Below are positions 8,346 to 17,297 of a DNA stretch of 57,186 bases, piece after piece. Under the pieces are notes generated by a model. That model did no database searches. It was not told the origin of the DNA and saw only the letters and a program-made list of their open reading frames with translations. The stretch spans positions 1-57,186 of the forward strand of contig JAPDJF010000002.1 in NCBI GenBank assembly GCA_029259185.1. The letters are read 5' to 3'. The translations under genes were made by a program, and so were the position numbers. This DNA comes from Hadesarchaea archaeon. GTDB lineage: Archaea; Hadarchaeota; Hadarchaeia; Hadarchaeales; WYZ-LMO6. Every line of letters begins with the position of its first letter. The first letter of the stretch is position 1.

Positions 8346-9533
8346 GGTTCTCTTCGGAACTCGTGACCTCATCTTTTAGTTGAGAGCTGATGGATGCGCG
8401 TTGTGTGTTCGTTTCCAGACCCTCGTGAATGTGCGTATCTCCGTCCGGTGAGGGGCTTGAAGCCCGAGCGCTACTTTTTTGGCCAGCAAGAAAGATATTC
8501 TCCACTGGGTCTGGCGGGCATTTCAGAGTCGCAACGAAGCACTGGTTCACCGAGCGCGCGCGAGCGCGATAGGTCGGCCAAGCGATTCTGCCCTAGGCCC
8601 GGCCAGACCCCTGCGCGGTGCGCTTGCGTCTCCCGTCTGCCGTGGCGGACGAAGTTCGTGATCACCGCTTGCAAACGCAAGAACCACCGAGCCGATCGGA
8701 AGCTCTTGAACCCGCGCATCACCTTGGAGCGCTGCTTCACCTCTTGGTTCCGGCGCTCGACGGGGTTGTTGTTGAAGCACGGGGCGAAGCGCTTGCAGGC
8801 TATGGGCACTCCGTGGATCAATCGTGCGATGCGATAGAGGTGTCGGTTGAATGCCTGACGGATTGCCCCCAGCTTGTCGCTCACGAAGGTCACGGGCCTG
8901 CGCTGCTTCACGGATTTGTGGCGCTCGCGGCGGAAACGTGCGCGTATCTGCTCGCCCAGCTGGCGTTTCAGGCGCTTGAGAAAGTGCTCGTACGTTTTGG
9001 TGTCGCGGCGGCGCTCCAGCGAGATAGCATGGCAGTAGCCGGTCCGCGAGCCCACCGCATGTAACGCCGGGTAGAAGCGCCCGCGCACTCGCACGAAGAC
9101 CTCGTCCAAGTGAACCCTGCCGAGCACCCGCGGGTGCAGCCTGCGCGTCCAGCGCCAGAGAATCTTTGAATACCGGTGCACCCATTCGAGAATCGTCGAT
9201 TCGGCTGGCCAGTATCCCAGGTGCTGCCCTAGGTAGTCGCGTATCTTGCCCAGCGAAAGCCCCTCGACGTAGAGGTGGAGCACCTGCACGATCACGTGCC
9301 CGGGGTAATGCCGCGCTCGAACCCATCGCGCTCGGCGAACGAGCGCCCGCACCGCTTACAGCGGCACCGCTGGACCACTCGGTACTTCCCGCAGTACTTG
9401 CCCGCCCGTTTCACCCTCTCAGAGCCACAACGAGGACACTTGGGTTTCACTTCGGATCCTCGAGGATCCCACCCCTCGGGCCCAGCTTCCGGATATCATT
9501 CAACGACAGAGGTCAAAAGTTTCGAAGAGAACC
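8346..9533 (-). mobile_element. 1188-bp IS element with DDE transposase (IS6-like catalytic motifs; zinc-finger N-terminus), terminal inverted repeats and a 9-bp target-site duplication
   Basis: Left end is ggttctcttcggaact. The right end, reverse-complemented, is ggttctcttcgaaact (15/16). Direct repeat gatcgtagc lies at 8337-8345 and 9534-9542. The element is visibly GC-richer than the flanking GT genes. Confidence 0.85.
8471..9450 (-). CDS. IS transposase, read in two frames (zinc-ribbon N-terminus 9450-9292, DDE body 9352-8471)
   Basis: Frame A from GTG 9450: VKPKCPRCGSERVKRAGKYCGKYRVVQRCRCKRCGRSFAERDGFERG..*. Frame B (-1) continues RHYPGHVIVQVLHLYVEGLSLGKIRDYL...HLDEVFVRVRG...FVSDKLGAI...NNNPVERRNQEVKQRSKVMRGFKSF. 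The D, D and E context resembles IS6/IS26-type enzymes. The two-frame layout plus 9-bp duplication is also reminiscent of IS1. Confidence 0.7.
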
Positions 9534-9670
9534 GATCGTAGCAGAGATAAAAACGGTTGGAATAGCCAAGAAACTAGACGCGGGAGCGGTCGTTAAAAAA
9601 GACCTCGAGTGTTCCCGAATCCTTTAATATAATAAGAGTTAGGATGGCTAAGGGGGGTTTTCTGGGGTTT

Positions 9671-10038
9671 GTAGACTCGGACGCATATCTCATGCCCGAT
9701 TGGCTGGAAGCCAGTCTAGCCGAAATAGAAAGGGGTGCCGATGGGGTTCATTCCACAAACATCACGTATCAGCCCGATAAGACTTTCAGAAAGTTTGCAG
9801 CTCTCTGGCCAGTTAAGGGGTTCTCCCTTCCAACCTTGGGTGATGCATCGCTTGTCAAAAGAGAAGTCTTTGACAAAATCGGGTTGTTCGACGAGTGGTT
9901 TGCCCCTGTTGGAGGCCAAGATTTCGAGATAGCCCTCCGGGCACAAAAAGCTGGGTTCAAGATCGTAGCTTCATCCAAGGCCAAGTATTTCCACGATTTT
10001 GTTGTTCTTCGGAGGTGGAGAGACAGGCTCAAGCGAAC
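9671..10038. repeat. left arm of a 368-bp inverted repeat (GT2 C-terminal coding segment)
   Basis: The reverse complement matches 14359-14726. I saw only two mismatches (at 9736 and 9752). Several overlapping ORF translations on both strands are identical between the two copies. Confidence 0.95.
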
Positions 10039-10076
10039 GAAAAATTATCTCGCTGAGATTGGGTAGGTGATATCCG

Positions 10077-11453
10077 TTGGTGCAGTTGAACGTTGTGCAT
10101 GCCACGCCCGTTTTGACACCAACAGGGGCAGGCGCCAAAGCTATCAGAATCTTCGCTAAACACTTAGATCCCCACCGATTCAAAGTCCACATCTGTACTT
10201 TGTCCACAAACAAGGAAACTTGTGGAATCTTTGAAGAAACCGGACTTGAAGTTTTTGTCCCACAAGACCATCAAGACTTGGCAACCTACGTTAGAGAGAA
10301 CGACATTCAAATTATGCATGTATATGGAAGTGGGGGTTCAGAAGTTTTGCCACTTCTCACGATGGCAAAGGATTCGGGGATCCCGATAATCGTGCGCAGC
10401 AATTTTTTTGGCATAATCGACCCATTGACTGTGAAATTCATCGATCGCGAGTTGATGATAAGCAAATTCCTTGCCTTTAGGGCGATAAAACTTTATGACC
10501 AGAGTTTGCACGAAAAGATCCATGTGCTTTATCCTCCCATAGACTTTTCTGAGGTAAAACTTCATGACAGGAATGAGTTCAGAGACCGATTCGGTCTTTC
10601 ACCAGATGTGCCAGTTGTAGGCAATATTGCCAGAAGGGATCCCAGCAAGTGGAGTTTTTTTCTCATAAAAATGGCAAAAACCTTATTAAAAAGAGTGAAA
10701 AGGGTGGAGTTTTTACTCGTGGGCGCTCCAGAACCTATGAGAAACCTAATCAAAAGGGAGAAATTGGAAGAATGTTTCAGGATCTTTGACGAGATTCCGC
10801 AAAAGGAAATTTACAAGTTCTACAATTCTATCGACGTATTTGCACACTTCGCCAAAATTGGTGAAAGCTTTGGCTATGTGATCGCGGAGGCCATGGCCTA
10901 TGGTAAACCTGTTATTGTCAACTCAACACCGATGAGAGACAATGCGCAGTTAGAGTTTATCAGAAACGGGATAAATGGGTTCGTTGCCAATACTCCAAGC
11001 ATTTGTGCTAAAATTATTTCCAAGTTAGTCGAAAACGGAGAGGTACGAAAGAAAATCGGCAAAAAGGCGCGTGAAAATTCAAAACTCTTTGATGCAAGAA
11101 GAATCACCAAAGTCCTCGAACGACATTACGTCGATATGGCTGTGAACAAACTAAAAATCAAACATTTGGGGCCCGTTCTTCGAAGATACAAAAAGATCAA
11201 TTACTTGTTCGATAAAAATGAGCTAAAGGAGTTTGAAAGGTGTTATCAAAAAGCGCTTTTTCACTGTTTTGGGGCCGACAATCTGAAGTACTTGTTTGAA
11301 AGGCTTGCATGGAAAATCACCGTTAATTCACCCTTGAGTATCCGAAGAGTTCTTTACTCCGTGGGTAACGGATTGTTTATTTTAGCTGACTCTCCCTCTC
11401 TCAGAGAGCAATCAATTCCAACCGATATCTTTGGGCGGCTTTTGGCGAAGTGA
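10077..11453 (+). CDS. GT4-family glycosyltransferase
   Basis: 458 aa. GT-B C-terminal motif GESFGYVIAEAMAYGKPVIVNS. The start codon is uncertain (TTG 10077 or GTG 10080). Confidence 0.85.
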   Translation: MVQLNVVHATPVLTPTGAGAKAIRIFAKHLDPHRFKVHICTLSTNKETCGIFEETGLEVFVPQDHQDLATYVRENDIQIMHVYGSGGSEVLPLLTMAKDSGIPIIVRSNFFGIIDPLTVKFIDRELMISKFLAFRAIKLYDQSLHEKIHVLYPPIDFSEVKLHDRNEFRDRFGLSPDVPVVGNIARRDPSKWSFFLIKMAKTLLKRVKRVEFLLVGAPEPMRNLIKREKLEECFRIFDEIPQKEIYKFYNSIDVFAHFAKIGESFGYVIAEAMAYGKPVIVNSTPMRDNAQLEFIRNGINGFVANTPSICAKIISKLVENGEVRKKIGKKARENSKLFDARRITKVLERHYVDMAVNKLKIKHLGPVLRRYKKINYLFDKNELKEFERCYQKALFHCFGADNLKYLFERLAWKITVNSPLSIRRVLYSVGNGLFILADSPSLREQSIPTDIFGRLLAK

Positions 11454-11662
11454 TCGCTAAAGCAATGCCCTAGGAGCCAATCAATCCGAAACCATCCCAT
11501 GATACATCGCCTCCTTGGAGCTGTTTCGAAACCCTGGTTCAACCTCCTTGAAAACTTTGGCCGAATGCCGTCATCAAAAATCCAGTCTGCAACTCTTTAC
11601 TGGTTTGTCCCACAAACTCGGAAAAATTTGCTAAAAGTTCTCGAAACACAAAATATAAACAA

Positions 11663-12691
11663 TCACTTGTCGGTGTTCTTGTTTTCACATACTTCCTCAA
11701 ACAAATCAAGATATTTGTAAGCAATTTTTTTCCATGTGTATTCTTCTGACATCCGGAGAGCATTCACTTCCAATTTTTTACGAAGAGTGCTATCGCGTAA
11801 CAAAACCCTGACGTTTTGCTTGAATTCTGCATAGTTATCGGCTAGAAGTCCAGTACGCCCGTGTTTCACTACAAATGGGATCGCAGCTCGTTTAAAAGCA
11901 ACTACGGCTTTTCCACATGCATTAGCTTCTATGAAAGGCATTCCAAACCCTTCGTATAGGCTCCCAGATGCATAGATAGTACATCCCCTATAATATTCGG
12001 CTAACTCTTTTTCATCGGTGACTGGTCCAACAAAATGAACATCTTCCAGATAGGCAGATTTGTGAAGCCAAATTGCTTGATTTTCTGTACTACATGGCCC
12101 CACAAACCATAATGAGAGATCCGGGAATTCTGGTTTTAGCTCATTGAAAACTCTAATCAAGATAGGGACGTTGCCTCGTTTACCCCCGGGTCCAGTAATG
12201 CTTACAATACTCAAACCAAGCTTTTTCTTTTTTCCGTGGGAATGATATATTTTTGGATCAAATCCGGCCGGGATAATCTCACTTTTTTTATAATGCTCGT
12301 ATCTCTTTTTTTCCCACTCTGTTACGAGAACTAATTTCTTACATCGCTTAAGGATTACGCGATAAATAAATTTTGACATAATTGATTCATCGGGCAGAAG
12401 CGGATCCCAAAGTGTAAAGACTACTGGAGAAAGAAAAAGTGCAGGAGCGGGAAATGAGTTATGAATGTGAATTATGTCCGGGTTCATTTTCCGAATTTCA
12501 AAGATAACATTGGTCAAAAATTCTAGCTTGGAGTATCCCGAATATATTTTTCTATTGCCGTAAGGAGCCTGTTTAGGACAGAATACAAATGAGTCATGCC
12601 CTGCAGATAAGAATTCTTGGTGTAACTTCAAAATGCTCTTGCTTATTCCTCCCAATGTTGTACAGGCTTCTCCGATTTCTATTATCTTCAT
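11663..12691 (-). CDS. GT4-family glycosyltransferase
   Basis: 342 aa. Motif LYEGFGMPFIEANACGKAVVAF. Overlaps the upstream flippase gene by 4 nt. Confidence 0.85.
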   Translation of the reverse strand: MKIIEIGEACTTLGGISKSILKLHQEFLSAGHDSFVFCPKQAPYGNRKIYSGYSKLEFLTNVIFEIRKMNPDIIHIHNSFPAPALFLSPVVFTLWDPLLPDESIMSKFIYRVILKRCKKLVLVTEWEKKRYEHYKKSEIIPAGFDPKIYHSHGKKKKLGLSIVSITGPGGKRGNVPILIRVFNELKPEFPDLSLWFVGPCSTENQAIWLHKSAYLEDVHFVGPVTDEKELAEYYRGCTIYASGSLYEGFGMPFIEANACGKAVVAFKRAAIPFVVKHGRTGLLADNYAEFKQNVRVLLRDSTLRKKLEVNALRMSEEYTWKKIAYKYLDLFEEVCENKNTDK

Positions 12692-14190
12692 TTTTCATTC
12701 CTAGGAAAAATTATCCTGATCCATTTTTTTATTTCTCTGATCGTCAGAACTCTTACTAAAATTTCCCAAGCAAAATACAGAAACAAACTACTCGAAAGAA
12801 TCGCGCCTATTTTGGGCCAGAGACTAAAATTTAGGATTTGTTTTAAGTATAGTGCAAAGAATGTAATAAGCACCCCTCCTATTAGCGATTTGAATATGGA
12901 GAGGGCTGGAATGGATATTTTTATGTGGCGGAGCGCTAGTATAAGACCTGTTACAAAACCAAAAAAGTAGGTACTACTTGTAACAATCGCCGCACCAGTA
13001 GCTCCATAAGGAGGGATTAAAAGCAGATCTCCACACAAGTTAAGGACAGATGAAGACATTATAACGAGGCTGCTTAAGTGTGGTTTTCCTATTCCTCCTA
13101 AAAGCGAAAGAATGTACATATAAGGAATATAGAAGAGAACCCCCAAAGAGAGTACCTGAAGTACCTTCGTTCCTCCGAGATATGCGCTCCCATAAAGGAT
13201 CTGGATAACCGAATCACTAAAACTCCATATAAGGAAAACCAGTGGAACTACTATTGCAAAAGAAACTTTTAGCAAATTATGTATGAGAATCCCGAGTTCA
13301 AACTTCTGTTTTTTGGCCCATAGCTCGGATGCGAGCGGAAACATAACTACGTTTAGTGAAAGACCGAGAAAACCTAGTACGTTAAACACAGGTCTCGCGA
13401 TTTGATACAATCCTACATCCGCGGAAGGACGAAGAAAGTTAAGCATCGCGGTATCGATATGAGAAAGTATTAGTCCGCCAAAACCCCCCACCCATGCAGC
13501 AAGAGAGAAAATCAAAACTTTTTTTGCAAGCGCAGAGGCGGGTAGGGAAAGCCTTAAACCAACTCTTTTAGCAACAAAATGAACTCCAAGAATTCCAGCA
13601 AAAATAGAGGAGCCTAGGTAACTCAAAGCCAGACTATTGAGTTCTTTATTTAAAGTTCTAAAAAACAATACTACCAAAATAAGCAATGAAAAACTTCTAC
13701 AAATGCTTATTAGAGCCGAAGCTCGCATGTCCTGAAAACCTTGGCACACAGTTCCGGCAAACACGTGAAGCAAATCCACCAACATGGTTGTGGTGAGTAT
13801 TATCGTTAGCATAAAAGGCCAACCAAAAGCTCTAGGCGCAAAAAAGACAACAAGGCTGGTAGCAACGACTAAGAGTACAAACCTGACTATGAACACAAAT
13901 GTTATGACTTCTCTAATCCTCCTTGTTTGATGTTTGGCCGCAAACTCAGAGATATATTTTATGGCTCCAGAACTTAATCCTGGATCCGTGGGTGCATAAA
14001 GAAAAAATAAGACGCTCAGAATACCGAAAAACATGCCGTATTCACTGAGAGTGAGACTTCTAGCAACGAATAATCGAAAACAGAAAAGTACTAGATTGCT
14101 GATTATCAAGCTAACGAAAATGATAGAAGCTCCTGTGATCAACTTGCGTGCAGACTGTATTACATTTATGTTTTGATTTTGATGTTTCAT
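12688..14190 (-). CDS. polysaccharide/oligosaccharide flippase (MOP superfamily, Wzx-like)
   Basis: 500 aa and hydrophobic throughout (about 12-14 predicted TM segments). Typical Wzx-like N-terminus with basic loops. Located among glycosyltransferases. Confidence 0.85.
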   Translation of the reverse strand: MKHQNQNINVIQSARKLITGASIIFVSLIISNLVLFCFRLFVARSLTLSEYGMFFGILSVLFFLYAPTDPGLSSGAIKYISEFAAKHQTRRIREVITFVFIVRFVLLVVATSLVVFFAPRAFGWPFMLTIILTTTMLVDLLHVFAGTVCQGFQDMRASALISICRSFSLLILVVLFFRTLNKELNSLALSYLGSSIFAGILGVHFVAKRVGLRLSLPASALAKKVLIFSLAAWVGGFGGLILSHIDTAMLNFLRPSADVGLYQIARPVFNVLGFLGLSLNVVMFPLASELWAKKQKFELGILIHNLLKVSFAIVVPLVFLIWSFSDSVIQILYGSAYLGGTKVLQVLSLGVLFYIPYMYILSLLGGIGKPHLSSLVIMSSSVLNLCGDLLLIPPYGATGAAIVTSSTYFFGFVTGLILALRHIKISIPALSIFKSLIGGVLITFFALYLKQILNFSLWPKIGAILSSSLFLYFAWEILVRVLTIREIKKWIRIIFPRNEK

Positions 14191-14204
14191 TAACTTCCTC
14201 TCAG

Positions 14205-14933
14205 CTAAACGATTTTACTATGCGTTGAAACTTTGCGCAACAACCACAGCAAAGGAAATCCTAGAAACCAAAACCAGTCATTTATTAGTCCTATCCTAGC
14301 TGGTGGATAATCTAAATGCATAAGCCATGCCTTTACCCTCCCCGATTCATACAGAATAGTTCGCTTGAGCCTGTCTCTCCACCTCCGAAGAACAACAAAA
14401 TCGTGGAAATACTTGGCCTTGGATGAAGCTACGATCTTGAACCCAGCTTTTTGTGCCCGGAGGGCTATCTCGAAATCTTGGCCTCCAACAGGGGCAAACC
14501 ACTCGTCGAACAACCCGATTTTGTCAAAGACTTCTCTTTTGACAAGCGATGCATCACCCAAGGTTGGAAGGGAGAACCCCTTAACTGGCCAGAGAGCTGC
14601 AAACTTTCTGAAAGTCTTATCGGGCTGATACGTGATGTTTGTGGGATGAACCCCATCGGCGCCCCTTTCTATTTCGGCTAGACTGGCTTCCAGCCAATCG
14701 GGCATGAGATATGCGTCCGAGTCTACGAGAGCGAGGATTTCTCCCCGGGCCACTTTGATTCCTATGTTGAAGGAGTCTGGAACACCTGTTCGCCTGTTTT
14801 TGGCGACCACTTTTGCTCCAAGTCTCTTGGCTATCTCGATCGTGCGGTCCTCGCTGCAATCATCTACCACTATTGTCTCTTTTTTCACTCCCTTTACATG
14901 TTGGGAAAGAATCGACCTGATACAGTTGCCCAT
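14205..14933 (-). CDS. GT2-family glycosyltransferase (the conserved N-terminal motif lies upstream of the first ATG; see findings)
   Basis: VVDDCSEDRT and LVDSDAY (DxD) motifs, with a C-terminal TM region. The in-frame upstream sequence 14934-15017 encodes ..ILISFIIPTYNSERT but contains no ATG/GTG/TTG. Confidence 0.8.
   Translation of the reverse strand: MGNCIRSILSQHVKGVKKETIVVDDCSEDRTIEIAKRLGAKVVAKNRRTGVPDSFNIGIKVARGEILALVDSDAYLMPDWLEASLAEIERGADGVHPTNITYQPDKTFRKFAALWPVKGFSLPTLGDASLVKREVFDKIGLFDEWFAPVGGQDFEIALRAQKAGFKIVASSKAKYFHDFVVLRRWRDRLKRTILYESGRVKAWLMHLDYPPARIGLINDWFWFLGFPLLWLLRKVSTHSKIV
14359..14726. repeat. right arm of the 368-bp inverted repeat
   Basis: See 9671-10038. Confidence 0.95.
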
Positions 14934-15013
14934 CGTCCTTTCGGAGTTGTACGTTGGGATTATAAAAGAAATGAGGATATCTCTTTTACCTTCTCTTGGA
15001 GTTTTAGATATCT

Positions 15014-16183
15014 TCAGGCCACCACCTTTTCAATTGCATCAGAAAGTCTCAAAAACGTTTTCTCTATGGAGAAAAACTTGGCTCGTTCTATTCCTTTTCT
15101 GCCCATCTCCTTAGAAATTTCCGGGTTCCCGAGTAAGTACTCGACTGCGGAGGCAAAAGCTCTGGCGTTCCCTATTTGCTTGACAAGCAGACCTGTTTTG
15201 CGGTGGATAATGCTCTCGGCCGGGCCGCCACACTTAAACACGACCACGGGCCGGCCGCATGCCATAGCCTCCAGCGCCACAAATCCCCACGGCTCATTTA
15301 TGGAAGGAAACAGTATCACAGCGGAAGAGTTGTAGAGATCCACCACTTCACATGTTGTGCGAAGCCCGACGAACTTGACTTTTGCACTCACACCTAACTG
15401 CTCCGCTAGTCTCCTCAGTTTTGGCTCCTCTGGCCCAACACCCGAGACCACGAGTATCAGATCATCGTGTTGTTTCGATAGAATTGCTAAAGTTTTAATA
15501 GCGATGTCGACCCGCTTCTGCGGGTAAAGCCTTCCAGGGCAGTATAACAACCTTGCAGTGGATGGAATGCCGTATTTTTTCCTGATGCTCGGATCAGGTG
15601 TTTTTGGTTTAAATACTCGGGTATCGACGGACGTGTGGACGACCTTTGCTTTCCGCCCGTACGCCCGCCAAACGCACTTCGCCGTATACTTGCTATTCGC
15701 TAGGATGATATCTGCGCTGGTAGCAGCCCATTGGTCTAGCGGTCTCAGGATTTCCCTGAGAACGAGCGATGTCAGGTAGACGTAGAAAGGCTGAGAAGTC
15801 TTAATATACCACAAACTTTCTTTCTCATAAAGTAATTTCGATGGTTCTTGGCAAAACCACACAAATGGCGCTGCCACTTTCCACTTGGCCAAGGCAGCAG
15901 TTATGTTGGAAGGAAATTCCCAAGCGAGCAGCACGTTTGGCTTGTCGCGGAATCTCAGACCCGTGGTGAAGCAGTTGGTGAGGAAGAGGCGATCATTGAA
16001 TGGTAGGCGAGTGATGTGGACCCTCACCCTAGCTCTGCGCAAGGTTTTCAAGATCTGCGGAGAAATCTCGCCGGTGTACAGGTCGACTTCATGCCCACTT
16101 CCGACGAATCGTTTCGATATTTCAGGTATCTCCATTCCAAGGGCGCCGGGCTTCAAGTACGGGGTGAAAACGGCTATTTTCAT
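15014..16183 (-). CDS. GT4-family glycosyltransferase
   Basis: 389 aa. Motif INEPWGFVALEAMACGRPVVVF. N-terminus MKIAVFTPY. Confidence 0.9.
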   Translation of the reverse strand: MKIAVFTPYLKPGALGMEIPEISKRFVGSGHEVDLYTGEISPQILKTLRRARVRVHITRLPFNDRLFLTNCFTTGLRFRDKPNVLLAWEFPSNITAALAKWKVAAPFVWFCQEPSKLLYEKESLWYIKTSQPFYVYLTSLVLREILRPLDQWAATSADIILANSKYTAKCVWRAYGRKAKVVHTSVDTRVFKPKTPDPSIRKKYGIPSTARLLYCPGRLYPQKRVDIAIKTLAILSKQHDDLILVVSGVGPEEPKLRRLAEQLGVSAKVKFVGLRTTCEVVDLYNSSAVILFPSINEPWGFVALEAMACGRPVVVFKCGGPAESIIHRKTGLLVKQIGNARAFASAVEYLLGNPEISKEMGRKGIERAKFFSIEKTFLRLSDAIEKVVA

Positions 16184-16257
16184 CCTTGCCCCTCAATTCC
16201 TTATCAACGAGCATAAGTTTAAGCCATCTATGGTCTATTTACCCCTAACAAAAATAG

Positions 16258-17268
16258 TTGGTGAGGTCGATAAAAGGAGATGAGCCGATGCAAAATTCTC
16301 CGCTGGTTTCGGTTGTTATCCTTAACTATAACGGGATAAAGTTTGTGGAGCGGTGTCTGCGCTCGGTGCTGAACACGCATTATCCCAATTTTGAGGTCAT
16401 TTTTGTTGATAACGCTTCCACCGATGGGGGCCTAGAGCTCGCTAAAGAAAAATTTGGGCGCGATTCCCGCTTAAAATTCGTTATTAATGATAGGAATTGC
16501 GGATTTGCACAGGGCAATAACATTGGCTTTGAACATTCGCGGGGAGAATACATAGTGTTCCTGAACAACGACACAGAAGTTGATCCAGAGTGGATTACGA
16601 GACTGGTTGAAGTCATGAGTTCGGATCCCAGCATCGGAGCAGCGCAAAGCAAGTTATTGTCGATGCAGGATCCCAAGAGAATAGATGCGTGTGGTCTTAT
16701 GTTGACACCCTACGGATTCTTTGTTGAGAAGGGTTCTGGCGAAATAGATTGCAGGCAATATGATTCGGTGGTTGAAATCTTTGCGGCGAAAGGTGCCGCA
16801 ATCGCTGTCAAACGCAAAGTCTTGGAAGAAGTGGGCCCATTTGATCCGGATTACTTTATATTTTCGGAAGAGGCCGACTTATGCTGGCGTATCTGGCTTG
16901 CGGGGTATAGGGTCGTGTTTGTGCCAAAGTCCGTGGTGTTCCATGTTACTGCTGGAACTGTCCGCGCGATCTGGCCCGAGGGGCGCCCGTTGTACTGGTA
17001 TAAAAACACGCTCGCGACGTTGCTGAAAAATTTGGGGTTTAAAGAGTTGGTTAAGATGCTTCCCAGTTTCACGCTCTTGTCGTTCGTCGGGATAGTTAAA
17101 AATAGAGGAACGATTCGTCAACTACCGTTGTTTGTCAAGGCCAATGCAGAGATCATAGCAAATTTCAGGAATATTTGGAGAAAGCGTATGTGGGTTCAGC
17201 GGAGGATAAGAAAAGAGAAGGACGAGAAGATACTTCCTCGGGTTATGCAGGGAGCTTTTCCCAAATAG
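16258..17268 (+). CDS. GT2-family glycosyltransferase
   Basis: VSVVILNYNG, FVDNASTDG, FLNNDTEV (DxD). The start is probably the ATG giving MQNSPLVSVV. Confidence 0.9.
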   Translation: MVRSIKGDEPMQNSPLVSVVILNYNGIKFVERCLRSVLNTHYPNFEVIFVDNASTDGGLELAKEKFGRDSRLKFVINDRNCGFAQGNNIGFEHSRGEYIVFLNNDTEVDPEWITRLVEVMSSDPSIGAAQSKLLSMQDPKRIDACGLMLTPYGFFVEKGSGEIDCRQYDSVVEIFAAKGAAIAVKRKVLEEVGPFDPDYFIFSEEADLCWRIWLAGYRVVFVPKSVVFHVTAGTVRAIWPEGRPLYWYKNTLATLLKNLGFKELVKMLPSFTLLSFVGIVKNRGTIRQLPLFVKANAEIIANFRNIWRKRMWVQRRIRKEKDEKILPRVMQGAFPK

Positions 17269-17297
17269 TATGCCTAGGCCCAAATCCCTCTAAACTT

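Larger units (their letters stand above)
8187..10066 (+). pseudogene. GT2-family glycosyltransferase pseudogene, split by an IS element and carrying frame disruptions
   Basis: The ATG at 8187 opens a frame containing the GT2 N-terminal motif VSFIIPAYNASKTIDKS. The frame is cut at 8345/8346 by the IS. After the IS, GT2-like sequence (IAKKLDAGAVV, ESFNII.., VDSDAYLMPDW...) continues across at least two frames. The last 368 bp are near-identical to the intact GT2 at 14205-14933. Confidence 0.75.

Noticed and set aside
9454-9469. 16-bp perfect palindrome ggatcctcgaggatcc (reads as BamHI-XhoI-BamHI) just upstream of the transposase start.
   Set aside because: It looks like a cloning linker. However, it sits inside an element with clean inverted repeats and a target duplication, and nothing else suggests vector sequence. 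It is most simply a hairpin or operator in the IS leader, and there is not enough evidence to claim more.
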